Part shown: in pieces, positions 1 to 8,638 of the stretch
Layout: each line of letters starts with the position of its first letter
How positions within the stretch are numbered: the stretch's first letter is position 1
From: Candidatus Omnitrophota bacterium
GTDB lineage: Bacteria > Omnitrophota > Gorgyraeia > Zapsychrales > Zapsychraceae
NCBI GenBank assembly: GCA_050250375.1
Contig: JBFWOS010000001.1
Span: forward strand, 407,090 to 471,089
DNA length: 64,000 bases
Direction: 5' to 3'
The notes under the pieces: generated by a model
Told to the model about the DNA's origin: nothing
What the model saw: the letters and a program-made list of their open reading frames with translations, nothing else
Databases searched by the model: none
Program-made: the position numbers and the translations under genes

Positions 1-606
1 AATGAAATCTTCATCTTTCTGTCGGTAAATTTTGTCGAGTTCAATAATCTCTAAACTGAGTAATTTATAGGACTTGGCATCAAAAAAATACGGGCTTGGA
101 TAAACTCCGTTAAAAATTGTCTGTTCCCTCTGGGTCACGACCGGCGGTAACTGGTAAAGATCCCCGAAAAAAATCATCTGAACGCCTCCGAAGGGTTCGT
201 TCTTTTTCTTTCCATACATCCTTAAGAAGGCATCAATACAATCCAACAGATCAGACCGGACCATTGAAATCTCATCAATGACAATGGCGTCTAAACTTTC
301 ATAAAGTCTTTTTTGTGACCGATGAAGGCGTATAGAGAAAACATTATCGGGTGTAATATCGGGACGAAAACAGAAAAAGGAATGGATGGTTTGCCCTTTG
401 ATGTTGACAGCCGCCACTCCGGTCGGCGCCAATACAACGATTTTTTTGGTTGTGTGTTCCCGAAAATACTGAAGAAGTGTGGATTTCCCCGTCCCGGCTT
501 TCCCGGTGACAAAGATATTCCTGATGTCATTTTCAAGCAAGTTATAACAAAACGCGAACTTTTCGTTAAAATCAAGATTTTGTTTGTCTTCAAACGTAGA
601 AATCAT
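1..606 (-). CDS. PIF1/RecD-like P-loop DNA helicase, N-terminal part. The gene runs off the window start; start codon is at 604-606.
   Basis: Manual translation of the minus strand, in a frame that is not in the ORF track because there is no in-window stop. It gives MISTFEDKQ...VTGKAGTGKSTLL (Walker A)...VVLAPTGVAAVNIKGQTIHSFF...IVIDEISMV...GGVQMIFFGDLYQLPPV, which are typical PIF1/AAA_30 helicase motifs. The track ORF 291..593(-) is an overlapping out-of-frame artefact. Confidence 0.7.
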   Translation of the reverse strand, partial: MISTFEDKQNLDFNEKFAFCYNLLENDIRNIFVTGKAGTGKSTLLQYFREHTTKKIVVLAPTGVAAVNIKGQTIHSFFCFRPDITPDNVFSIRLHRSQKRLYESLDAIVIDEISMVRSDLLDCIDAFLRMYGKKKNEPFGGVQMIFFGDLYQLPPVVTQREQTIFNGVYPSPYFFDAKSYKLLSLEIIELDKIYRQKDEDFI

Positions 607-609
607 TTT

Positions 610-1119
610 TTAATAATCAAGTAAAATTAAAGTTGCCAGGTTCACAATATCCTTATGCGTAAGCATGCCGCAGACTTTCTTATTACCTTTGACAATCGGG
701 ATACAACCGGTATTATGCCGGGTCATCGTTAAAACAGCTTCCGCTATACTGTCTTCAGGACTTAATGTCAGCGGATTCAAATGCATAATATCCTTAAGAC
801 GAAAACTATCCAGCGTTGTTTTATCATAAAAGAAATTCCCATCAATGACCATTTCATTGGAATAACCCATATAATTACCGGCTATAACCTTCCTCGGGGC
901 CAGAGTCTTATAAAGGTATTTATGCGTGATAATCCCGATCAATTGATCCAGCCGATTGACAACCGGAAGATAATATATTCCTTGCTGTACAAACAATTCT
1001 TCAGCTCGGCTTACAGCCTCATATTCATAAATTTTAACCACCGGCACGGTCATTATTTCTTTAATTTTGGTTTCTTTGAGAAGACGCTGTATGTAAACAA
1101 CCTCGTTCTTGAATTTCAT
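610..1119 (-). CDS. Tandem CBS-domain protein
   Basis: 169 aa with two CBS-like repeats (…GIITHKYL…, …CGMLTHKDIV…). Its stop lies 1 nt upstream of the helicase start, which suggests an operon. Confidence 0.75.
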   Translation of the reverse strand: MKFKNEVVYIQRLLKETKIKEIMTVPVVKIYEYEAVSRAEELFVQQGIYYLPVVNRLDQLIGIITHKYLYKTLAPRKVIAGNYMGYSNEMVIDGNFFYDKTTLDSFRLKDIMHLNPLTLSPEDSIAEAVLTMTRHNTGCIPIVKGNKKVCGMLTHKDIVNLATLILLDY

Positions 1120-1132
1120 GTTATCCCCCAGA

Positions 1133-1540
1133 TTATTTCGAAACCCAATTTCCGTTCTCTAACTGAACCTTTTCCCCGGCTTGAGCCTTTTCCCGCTGAA
1201 CACTTGCAAAGACTTTTTCAATCTTATTGATAGCTCCGCCCAATTGATTCTGCGAAGCGATCGTTTCATAAATTACCTTTCGATCTCTGTTTTCGGCTTC
1301 TATGACATCGACGATTTCAACTTTATGCTTCAAAACAGAAATATAACCCTGATTATTCTCACCGATCAATCCTTGTTTTTTTAAATCCTGGATTTGATCA
1401 TAACGGGAACGTCTGTTTTCCAATGCAACCGTCACTTCAGGCGTCATTTGTTTAATATTGTAATCGGCCGCATATGAATTTACCGGAATTGTCCCTAAAA
1501 TTAAAATTGTGTACAAAAACAAGAATGTATGCCGAACCAT
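1133..1540 (-). CDS. ydbL: YdbL-like periplasmic protein (DUF1318)
   Basis: The C-terminal 135 aa of track ORF 1133..1723 start at MVRHTFLFLYTILILG (signal peptide). The motif GENNQGYISV…ENRDRKVIYETIA…GEKVQLENGNWVSK matches the YdbL family pattern. The N-terminal part of the track ORF is read-through into the upstream ynbE-like gene, in another frame. Confidence 0.6.
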   Translation of the reverse strand: MVRHTFLFLYTILILGTIPVNSYAADYNIKQMTPEVTVALENRRSRYDQIQDLKKQGLIGENNQGYISVLKHKVEIVDVIEAENRDRKVIYETIASQNQLGGAINKIEKVFASVQREKAQAGEKVQLENGNWVSK

Positions 1541-1550
1541 AAATTCCTCC

Positions 1551-1757
1551 TTAATTATTTTGTAAAGTGGTCTTTGGCTTTTCCCCACTGACATAATCTT
1601 CAATATTGGTGGCTGTTTTTTCAAGCCCTTTGATATCCAAAGTGATATGTGCGTTGATCGTGATCGGGCGGTCGGGATCACCGACCGCTTTAACTGTGCA
1701 GCCGTAAAATAACATGCATGCAAAAAACAAAGGCATTAACTTTTTACCTAGGAACAT
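1551..1757 (-). CDS. ynbE: YnbE-like small lipoprotein
   Basis: Lipobox LFYGC followed by the PITINAHITLDI motif. It lies between the ydbH-like and ydbL-like genes, as in the E. coli ydbH-ynbE-ydbL operon. The start is uncertain (M11 or M18 of track ORF 1551..1787). Confidence 0.5.
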   Translation of the reverse strand: MFLGKKLMPLFFACMLFYGCTVKAVGDPDRPITINAHITLDIKGLEKTATNIEDYVSGEKPKTTLQNN

Positions 1758-2808
1758 TAAACCCTCCCGTTTTAAGAAACCGTTCAATCCCTAAAAGTGA
1801 TTCTAACAAATCACGATCAATATTAATATCAAATGTGTAGTTTGGTTTGAGATTATATTTTCTGATTTTCATTTCGACTTTGGCTTCAATTACCTTTTGG
1901 TTGGCATTCTTAGCGTTCAAAATGATATAATCCGCCGTAAGAAATCTGTTTTGTTTGATGACATCCTTCAAATCTTTAGACAGCACCACCGAATACGCTG
2001 GCACAAAATCAATCATCCACCCGACCACCCATGCCTTAATTTCGGCCCCTGCCTCAGATTCCATCACTAACACAAAAGATTCTATATTCTGGGCATCCCC
2101 TGTTAATCTTAAAGTGCCGGATATTAGACCACGAAAATTGGAATAAAGTTCCCCATAAACTTCATTTAAGCGCTCTGAACTAATGTGGTCGAATCGCAGC
2201 CCAACTTGATATGGGAACGAGGAAATGTTTTCTAAAGATATTTCCCCGCCTAATTTCCCACCATAAAAAGATGCATCACTAAGGTCAAAATTAAGACGGT
2301 TTAAATCTCCTGAAATTTTAATATCGGCATCACTGATGAGGTATTCAAGTGCTTTACCTTGGCTTATAAATATTCTTCCTGTGAGACCGATTGTCTGGTC
2401 TCTTCTGTGAACGGCTGAGAATTCCAAATCCGAATAATTAATATCAAGATCTTCTGTTGAAAAAGAACGCACCGAGACCGAAACGTCGAGATGGCCGCGT
2501 TTCGCCAAAAACCGAACAATACCAATAAGGTCTAAGTTGATTAATCCAATTTCGTGCTTCTTATTCTGAAGCGTAACTGTTGTTTCAACATTCTTAAATT
2601 TAAATTGGTCGGGGAATTTATATTCCGCCCTGCCAACCCTCAATTCATCAATGTGTGTATTTGGATACAACGATTCAACAAGGCGCGGAACAATTATCTG
2701 ATAAAAATAGGGCCGATTCAAAAGAACATAAAGTAATCCGGCTATGACAAATGCCCCTAAGAATATGCCTAGCACGAATTTAAAGCAATTCTTAAAAAAA
2801 ACCGTCAT
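1744..2808 (-). CDS. Membrane-anchored protein, possibly a YdbH/AsmA-like partner of YnbE/YdbL
   Basis: 354 aa with an N-terminal TM helix (FKFVLGIFLGAFVIAGLLYVLL). It sits immediately upstream of the ynbE/ydbL-like genes. It is much shorter than E. coli YdbH, so the assignment rests on context only. Confidence 0.35.
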   Translation of the reverse strand: MTVFFKNCFKFVLGIFLGAFVIAGLLYVLLNRPYFYQIIVPRLVESLYPNTHIDELRVGRAEYKFPDQFKFKNVETTVTLQNKKHEIGLINLDLIGIVRFLAKRGHLDVSVSVRSFSTEDLDINYSDLEFSAVHRRDQTIGLTGRIFISQGKALEYLISDADIKISGDLNRLNFDLSDASFYGGKLGGEISLENISSFPYQVGLRFDHISSERLNEVYGELYSNFRGLISGTLRLTGDAQNIESFVLVMESEAGAEIKAWVVGWMIDFVPAYSVVLSKDLKDVIKQNRFLTADYIILNAKNANQKVIEAKVEMKIRKYNLKPNYTFDINIDRDLLESLLGIERFLKTGGFNVPR

Positions 2809-2813
2809 GCAGG

Positions 2814-4349
2814 TTAAAACCCATTATCTTTAGCTTTATCCCGGGCTTTATCAAAATCCGACATAACAGTGTCTTGACGGACTTTTTGTTTTTCTAGATC
2901 TGGCCGATTTATGGTCGCTTGAACATTAACATTCTTAGGCGTCGTCATCTTTTGCCCTACAGACTCCATTTGCTTAATTTCTTGGATTGGATTTTCCGGT
3001 TGAACAGCGACAGGCTCTTGCTTGGGAGCCACGACGACCTGTTGTTTCTGGTCCTGATAAATATCTTTAATACCGACCGTTCTGCGCCTTTCTTCAAGAC
3101 TGTATCTGTAGTTTAGATAATTAGCATTCAGATTAGCGGCATACACGCGGTCTTCAACGAGTTTCTTGATATCTACCTCTAATAAGGCGGCGACATTTCG
3201 AAGGAATGATCTGTATTCAAATGAACGATGTCGGGACATTTGTACCAACTGCTTGTCAATTTCTACCAACTGATCAAAATAAGTCTTTTTCTCTATCTTG
3301 TTTTCACCCAGAATAGCAAAAAAATCATTGAACTTGGCCAGTTTATTCTTGTCTATTTTCTCAATTAACTCGCTTAACTGTTGTTGTTCTTCTTCAATCC
3401 GCTGCGATAATCGCTGCGAATTGGTCTGAATATTTTCGAGGATTGTCCTCTCTTCAATTTGCAGCTCTTGGTGAAGCTGTATCAAATCATTCAGGTCTTT
3501 GGGTGTAATCTTGACAAGTTTCTGGACAAGATCATTATACTGCCTGCGAAAATATTCGTCCTGCTGTTCAACATACGTTTCATTGACATCACCGAATATG
3601 ACCTGCTCACTATTGACGCCTCTGGACTTTTGGACGATTTTAACGGCGTTGACAAATCGCGGCGTTAATTCTTGCTGAAAATCAATTAACACTTCGTTGA
3701 GAAATACCTGGGCTTGTTTTACATTCGCGGCAAGACACTCTTCATCAGACTGACAGTTGTTAATAGGAATCAGCCTTTTCTGGACAAATGTTTGATTAAT
3801 GAATTCGACCAACTCGGCTATATCTTTCTGGGACACGCCCCAATCTTTATTTCCGTTGAGAGCGTATATTTTTTCCTTAATCTTCTCATAATTCTTCTCA
3901 CGAATCATAAGATTATTGACATTATATGTTTCCGTCAACAGTTGTCCAAGCTGGTCTAGCTCCGGCTTATAAGCCGAGAACTCCTCCCGTTCCTTTTTGA
4001 TTTCCTCTGCAAATAATTCAGCTACCTTCAGTGCTTTATCCTCCAAACCAATTAGCTGGGATATAATCGCATTGCGTTCCTGGAGCAATTTTTGACGTTG
4101 ATCCTTAAACTCAGATAATTTATTCAATAATTGGGCTAAGTGAAACTCTGCACCTTCCTGGAAGGTTGCATATTTAGATACCGTGGTCTTGTTTGGGTCA
4201 ACAACATTCTCATTATTTCCCAAACCGCCATAGTCCAATAACCGTGAAATCGGGCTTTCCCCGGTCTTTTCAGTGATATACTGATCGTATGTAAAGACTC
4301 CAATAACTATAAAAATTATTAACAAAACTAATAAGGTTTTATCTCCCAT
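2814..4349 (-). CDS. Membrane-anchored long coiled-coil protein (hypothetical)
   Basis: 511 aa with an N-terminal TM helix (LLVLLIIFIVIGVFTY). The remainder is heptad-rich and E/K/Q-rich. A 6-nt gap separates it from the downstream ydbH-like gene. Confidence 0.55.
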   Translation of the reverse strand: MGDKTLLVLLIIFIVIGVFTYDQYITEKTGESPISRLLDYGGLGNNENVVDPNKTTVSKYATFQEGAEFHLAQLLNKLSEFKDQRQKLLQERNAIISQLIGLEDKALKVAELFAEEIKKEREEFSAYKPELDQLGQLLTETYNVNNLMIREKNYEKIKEKIYALNGNKDWGVSQKDIAELVEFINQTFVQKRLIPINNCQSDEECLAANVKQAQVFLNEVLIDFQQELTPRFVNAVKIVQKSRGVNSEQVIFGDVNETYVEQQDEYFRRQYNDLVQKLVKITPKDLNDLIQLHQELQIEERTILENIQTNSQRLSQRIEEEQQQLSELIEKIDKNKLAKFNDFFAILGENKIEKKTYFDQLVEIDKQLVQMSRHRSFEYRSFLRNVAALLEVDIKKLVEDRVYAANLNANYLNYRYSLEERRRTVGIKDIYQDQKQQVVVAPKQEPVAVQPENPIQEIKQMESVGQKMTTPKNVNVQATINRPDLEKQKVRQDTVMSDFDKARDKAKDNGF

Positions 4350-4529
4350 GTAAATTATTCCTATTAATAGTATTAGCGTTAAATTTTATAGATATTGTAC
4401 ATTACTTTATCGAATTCCTCAACCAATCAATATGACCCTCCCCCAAATATCCCGCTGCCATTTTATCCCTTTAATAAGAATGATTAATCTGTCTCTTACA
4501 ATTCGTTTGTGATCCCATGCACCTTAAAA

Positions 4530-5144
4530 TTAAAAAGACGCACCTGAAGATTTTAGAAATTCGATTTCCGTTGATGTTGAACGCCGTTTCAGCACATCAT
4601 TTCGGTGAGGGAATCGCTCAAATTTCAAAATGATATCATGATGACGTTTGGCAAAATCATATACATTGGTAAAATATTCAATATTCCGAGGATCTTGCGT
4701 TTGGGCAGCATCAACCAAATTCTTAAAATATATTATGGATTTTTTCTGAATCATTAAGTTTTCCGAATGCATCATCGGCATATAAAGAAATTGCCGCTGG
4801 ATTAAGCTTAATTCTTCATCATAACTGTCTTTAATCGCGATCAGACAACTCTCAAGGGCCTGGAGATCTGTATCAAAAGCCTTTTCGGATCCACGGAAAA
4901 TGTTCCTTGAAAGTTGATCCAAAAGAATAATCAGGGCGAGGGCCCCAACGGATGAATCCATCCAAGACGAACACTTTCCTTTGCGCGCTTTAGTTAAATC
5001 GGAATTGAATTTATTTTTGATTTCTCGATCAATCTCTTCATCCTTAGAGAACCATCGCGCTTTTACAGGTAAATCATCGGTTAAAACCGTTTCTTCCGTA
5101 ATCCCATCAAACCAATAATCTAGTATGGCTGCTACACGTTCCAT
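4530..5144 (-). CDS. DUF924 family protein
   Basis: 204 aa with ILDYWF…W…LDQLSRNIFRG…FLYMPMMHSE…FAKRHHDIILKFERFPHRNDVLKRRSTSTEIEFL, which is the characteristic DUF924 signature. Confidence 0.8.
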   Translation of the reverse strand: MERVAAILDYWFDGITEETVLTDDLPVKARWFSKDEEIDREIKNKFNSDLTKARKGKCSSWMDSSVGALALIILLDQLSRNIFRGSEKAFDTDLQALESCLIAIKDSYDEELSLIQRQFLYMPMMHSENLMIQKKSIIYFKNLVDAAQTQDPRNIEYFTNVYDFAKRHHDIILKFERFPHRNDVLKRRSTSTEIEFLKSSGASF

Positions 5145-5454
5145 TGTTGCTTCCTTCGTCTACATTTATTGTCGGGTTAATTTCAAATTTACAATAGTGT
5201 GGCACTAAATTACAAAAATGATATGAGCAAACCAACCTAGTTCGTAAGTCGTTACGAACACAGAATGTTCATTCTGGAGCCACCCGGCTTTAATTACAGT
5301 AACTAAATTCTTCCGGGCTGTCAACTCCGTTAGAATCAATCTCGCACTAATAATTTTTGATACACCCACAGAATGCCAGAGTTCTGTGTGAACGGACAAA
5401 CGGCAAAAAAAACATCCCCCCTGATCCACGAGTGATTCAAGAATTATTATCCAA

Positions 5455-5485
5455 AGATTTTAATACAGTGAAGATTTTTGTCAAG
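5455..5485 (-). promoter_or_regulatory. Candidate sigma70-like promoter (TTGACA-16-TAAAAT) driving a ~300-nt leader upstream of the DUF924 gene
   Basis: Minus-strand sequence TTGACAAAAATCTTCACTGTATTAAAAT. Confidence 0.3.
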
Positions 5486-5496
5486 TAAACCAAATA

Positions 5497-5520
5497 TGGG
5501 GCCGATATTGACATCGGCCC
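5497..5520 (-). terminator. Rho-independent terminator downstream of the 5541..5825 gene
   Basis: GGGGCCGAT-ATTGAC-ATCGGCCCC hairpin. On the minus strand it is followed by ATATTTGGTTT. Confidence 0.5.
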
Positions 5521-5540
5521 CGAGAAGGTTAGCAGACTCC

Positions 5541-5825
5541 CTAATCCATAGGGAATGTAACGATGTCCATTAAACCGCCTCCAATATCTTTGAGCATAAA
5601 AAACGGAGATTCAATCAACCCTTTGGTAAAACCAATGGTCGTTGAATGATGTTCATTCATTTCCGTTTTTGTATGGTCATAGATGGCCAGAGGTGATTTA
5701 ACGATTTTGACCACACCTGATGTAAGCTTTTCTACTGGAGCGGGTAAAGCAAAAGCAGGTGCAGCCACCATGAAAACAAACGCAAACGCGGTAAAAACTG
5801 ACAATACCTTTCTCATCCTCCTCAC
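5541..5825 (-). CDS. Small secreted protein (signal peptide), hypothetical
   Basis: 94 aa with an N-terminal signal peptide (VFTAFAFVFMVAAPAFA-LPAP). Confidence 0.55.
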   Translation of the reverse strand: MRRMRKVLSVFTAFAFVFMVAAPAFALPAPVEKLTSGVVKIVKSPLAIYDHTKTEMNEHHSTTIGFTKGLIESPFFMLKDIGGGLMDIVTFPMD

Positions 5826-6031
5826 CTCCTTTTTTGCATCAACTTATCCTGATTGGACAGGACAAATTGAGCTTAAAAAAAGACTTGGATCATCTAAAGT
5901 AAGTATGCCATATTTAAAGACTTAGAACCAAGAAATTGTTAATTAATTCTACAATTTTCTATTAAAATATGACTATATATAACATATCATGCCATTTGTT
6001 AACATTATATAAGTATTTATATAATTATACT

Positions 6032-7174
6032 TTATTGGCTGAACTGATTTAATATGGTCACGACCTTTTTAATTTCTTGGCCTGTATTGTAAATATGCGG
6101 GGAAAGTCGAATATTTCCTTTCCAGAGGGCAGGATGAATCTTATTAATTGCCAGCGCCTTAACAACAGCCTCGTTCTGAGTTGAGTCTCGGTGGGAAAAA
6201 ACAAACAGGTTCGTTCTTTTTTCAGGGGTAATCGGACTGATGATCCCATACTTTGATTGATCCAAATATTCAATCAGATAGTTGATCAAGAATTGGTTAT
6301 GCTCTTGAACCTGATTTAGGCCAATATCCAGCCAATATCGAATCGCGGCCGTTAGTGGAACAAAATTAAAAAAATTTGCTGTTCCAAAGGTATCATATTT
6401 TCTGGCTGAATCCTGCGCCTTAAAAGATATTGGCCCTTCACTTTTTAACTCCTCTTCAGACAGATATGAAGACCAATACGCTTGATTAGAATCCAATTGA
6501 CGCCGGAATTCATCTTTAATCCAACAAAATCCTGTGCCATATGGACCACATAACCACTTGTAACCCACTGCCACCACAGCATCAACATTCATAGCAGTTA
6601 CGTTCAGAGGCATATTCCCGAGCGACTGGACGATGTTTAAAACAAATCGAATGTTATTCTTTTGGCACAACTTAGAGACCCCTTCTACATCCAACTGATG
6701 CCCGCTAAAAGAATGCACATGTGATAAACAGATCAGACGGGTCTGAGGAGTAATCTCTCTTTGTATTTCCTCCGGAAACAGTATCCGTTCCTTTGGTTTG
6801 ATTTGCTTTACAATCACACCTTTTTGCTGCAAACCAAGCCAAGGAATTATATTGGATGGAAAATCATTCTGCATGACGAGCACCTCATCCCCTGCCTGCC
6901 ATTGAATGCCATTCGCCAAGATGTGCAGCCCATAGCTGGCACTCGACCCAAGTATCACGTCCCTGCTTTCAACATTGATTAATTCGGCGATATTCTTTTT
7001 TAATTCCAGAGGTACTTTGATAAATTTAGGAATATCCAGCTGATAGACTGCACTTTTCCAATAAATGGCCTCCTTTAAAGCCTCTTCGGCCACCTTTGGA
7101 AGCGGACCTTCGCTAGCCGCATTGAGCCAGATAACATCTTTAAAATCATAAAAATCATGTTTATATGAATTCAT
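6032..7174 (-). CDS. Class V aminotransferase (cysteine desulfurase / isopenicillin-N epimerase-like, PLP-dependent)
   Basis: 380 aa with a YKWLCGPYGTGF PLP-lysine region and the overall fold-type I pattern. Confidence 0.8.
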   Translation of the reverse strand: MNSYKHDFYDFKDVIWLNAASEGPLPKVAEEALKEAIYWKSAVYQLDIPKFIKVPLELKKNIAELINVESRDVILGSSASYGLHILANGIQWQAGDEVLVMQNDFPSNIIPWLGLQQKGVIVKQIKPKERILFPEEIQREITPQTRLICLSHVHSFSGHQLDVEGVSKLCQKNNIRFVLNIVQSLGNMPLNVTAMNVDAVVAVGYKWLCGPYGTGFCWIKDEFRRQLDSNQAYWSSYLSEEELKSEGPISFKAQDSARKYDTFGTANFFNFVPLTAAIRYWLDIGLNQVQEHNQFLINYLIEYLDQSKYGIISPITPEKRTNLFVFSHRDSTQNEAVVKALAINKIHPALWKGNIRLSPHIYNTGQEIKKVVTILNQFSQ

Positions 7175-7476
7175 TAGTTTTCTTCAACAATCTCAAGAGT
7201 AGTTTTGTTTAAATAATCGAGGAATCTTTTAAAAAAAATAAACCAGAGCGTCAGCAATATAATGTTAATTATGAAACGCATTCTTGGCTCATGGACCACG
7301 AACGTGTTAGTGACAATAAATAAAGCGATATAGATGCCTGGTCTTGTAATTTGTTTATACTCTGTAGGTTCATACCGCAATGATCCCCCACACTGCTGAC
7401 ATTCCAAGATTCCATTCATTAATTGTTTAACAGATAGGTTGGATTTACAACGGGGGCAAATAGCCATGCAGATCAA
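7174..7476 (-). CDS. Zinc-ribbon membrane protein (hypothetical)
   Basis: CPRC…CQQCGG zinc ribbon followed by two TM helices. It overlaps the aminotransferase start by 1 nt. Confidence 0.5.
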   Translation of the reverse strand: MICMAICPRCKSNLSVKQLMNGILECQQCGGSLRYEPTEYKQITRPGIYIALFIVTNTFVVHEPRMRFIINIILLTLWFIFFKRFLDYLNKTTLEIVEEN

Positions 7477-7509
7477 CAGCCTGATTTGATAGAATTAATG
7501 AGACAAAAG

Positions 7510-7788
7510 TTATTCATGTTCCATATTTTTATGATAAATACTTTCCGCCAGTTCACTGACGTCTGCCCGGGCCTTTTGTCTTGGTGTTTTGAAAATCCAA
7601 CGATAGACTTCTACAGCCAGATCCAGCTCACCTTCAATAATTAAACGACGGACATCAAACATGGTCGCCTTCCCTTTTTCCGGAAAAATACCTTTTCTCC
7701 GGGCCTGATTCAACGACCATATCCAGCGGGATCGTATTAAAATATAAAAACAGGCGGAAAGAATTAGCAACGCATATAATATAGTCAT
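7510..7788 (-). CDS. Small membrane protein (hypothetical)
   Basis: 92 aa with an N-terminal TM helix. It is tightly spaced within the response-regulator operon. Confidence 0.4.
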   Translation of the reverse strand: MTILYALLILSACFYILIRSRWIWSLNQARRKGIFPEKGKATMFDVRRLIIEGELDLAVEVYRWIFKTPRQKARADVSELAESIYHKNMEHE

Positions 7789-7797
7789 ATCATTTCC

Positions 7798-8166
7798 CTA
7801 CTGGTTGTCGCCCAGACATTCTTTTATCCGAATAACTAGCTGGCCGATATCAACGGGTTTGACGTAATATTGTTTTATCCCTTCCAACTTAAAAACCTGC
7901 TCCATCGTTTCATTGGCGGTAAGAATAATCACCGGTGTTTGTGAACATCCGTCCAGACTTTTCATTTCTTGCATAAATTCATACCCATTAAGCTTCGGAA
8001 GTCCGATATCCAAGACAACCAAATCCGGCTTATCTGACTTAAGCAGTTCTAATCCTATATCGCCGTCCGTGGCGGTAATAACATCATAATGATTGGCTGA
8101 TAATCCGAACTTAATTAATGATAAACTTACCCGTTCATCATCGACCACAAGTATTTTATGAGACAT
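7798..8166 (-). CDS. Single-domain response regulator (CheY-like receiver)
   Basis: ILVVDDE…VITATDG…PDLVVLDIGLP…PVIILTA…VKP. The acidic pocket, phospho-acceptor Asp and Thr/Lys are present. Confidence 0.85.
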   Translation of the reverse strand: MSHKILVVDDERVSLSLIKFGLSANHYDVITATDGDIGLELLKSDKPDLVVLDIGLPKLNGYEFMQEMKSLDGCSQTPVIILTANETMEQVFKLEGIKQYYVKPVDIGQLVIRIKECLGDNQ

Positions 8167-8281
8167 CTTCTTCCTTTGCTCAAATTCATTAACATTTTAT
8201 ACAAATCTTCAGGAACAAACCAGAGAAAAAAAACATTGCTTTCGCTTTTTCCTCAATTAGAATATCTTAAAGGAGAAAAAT

Positions 8282-8638
8282 ATGGTTTTTAAAGATTTCG
8301 TCCAAAAACTAAAATATCTTGATCACCTGGCAGCCCGCTGGCTGTTAAGACACTTTTATTTCACATTTTTCCAACTGGTTCTTCTTGTCATTTTCGTTTT
8401 CTGGTTCAAGAACCTCTTGAATGTTATTGATATCAATCTGCGACAGACGGATAAAACGTTCGTCGAGGCCATTTTAACCACCCAGAACGTAAATTCAACG
8501 ATTATTGTTGTTCTTCTGTTATTAAATTCTTTCTGGATGTTATATATATTGAATGCGATGCAACGATATGCAAATCTCCTCAAAGACATCAGTTACAACA
8601 TTAACCGCCTGAGAAATACACAAAAAAAGCCGCACTAA
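8282..8638 (+). CDS. Hypothetical membrane protein
   Basis: Strong RBS (AAAGGAGAAAAATATG) and two hydrophobic segments. It is convergent with ftsA and overlaps its stop. Confidence 0.5.
   Translation: MVFKDFVQKLKYLDHLAARWLLRHFYFTFFQLVLLVIFVFWFKNLLNVIDINLRQTDKTFVEAILTTQNVNSTIIVVLLLLNSFWMLYILNAMQRYANLLKDISYNINRLRNTQKKPH

Noticed and set aside
291-593. Track ORF on the minus strand (100 aa) and the opposite plus-strand ORF 322..624
   Set aside because: Both overlap the true minus-strand PIF1-like helicase reading frame, which carries the Walker A motif GKAGTGKST, but in the wrong frames. They have no motifs and are judged spurious.
1133-1723. Single 196-aa track ORF spanning the ynbE-like and ydbL-like genes
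   Set aside because: The N-terminal 61 aa are an alternative-frame read-through across the upstream lipoprotein gene. The real YdbL-like protein starts at the internal Met (MVRHTF…) with a signal peptide.
5205-5429. 74-aa track ORF in the DUF924 upstream region
   Set aside because: It has no RBS, and its frame runs through the stable hairpins of the putative leader RNA. The region is more likely non-coding.
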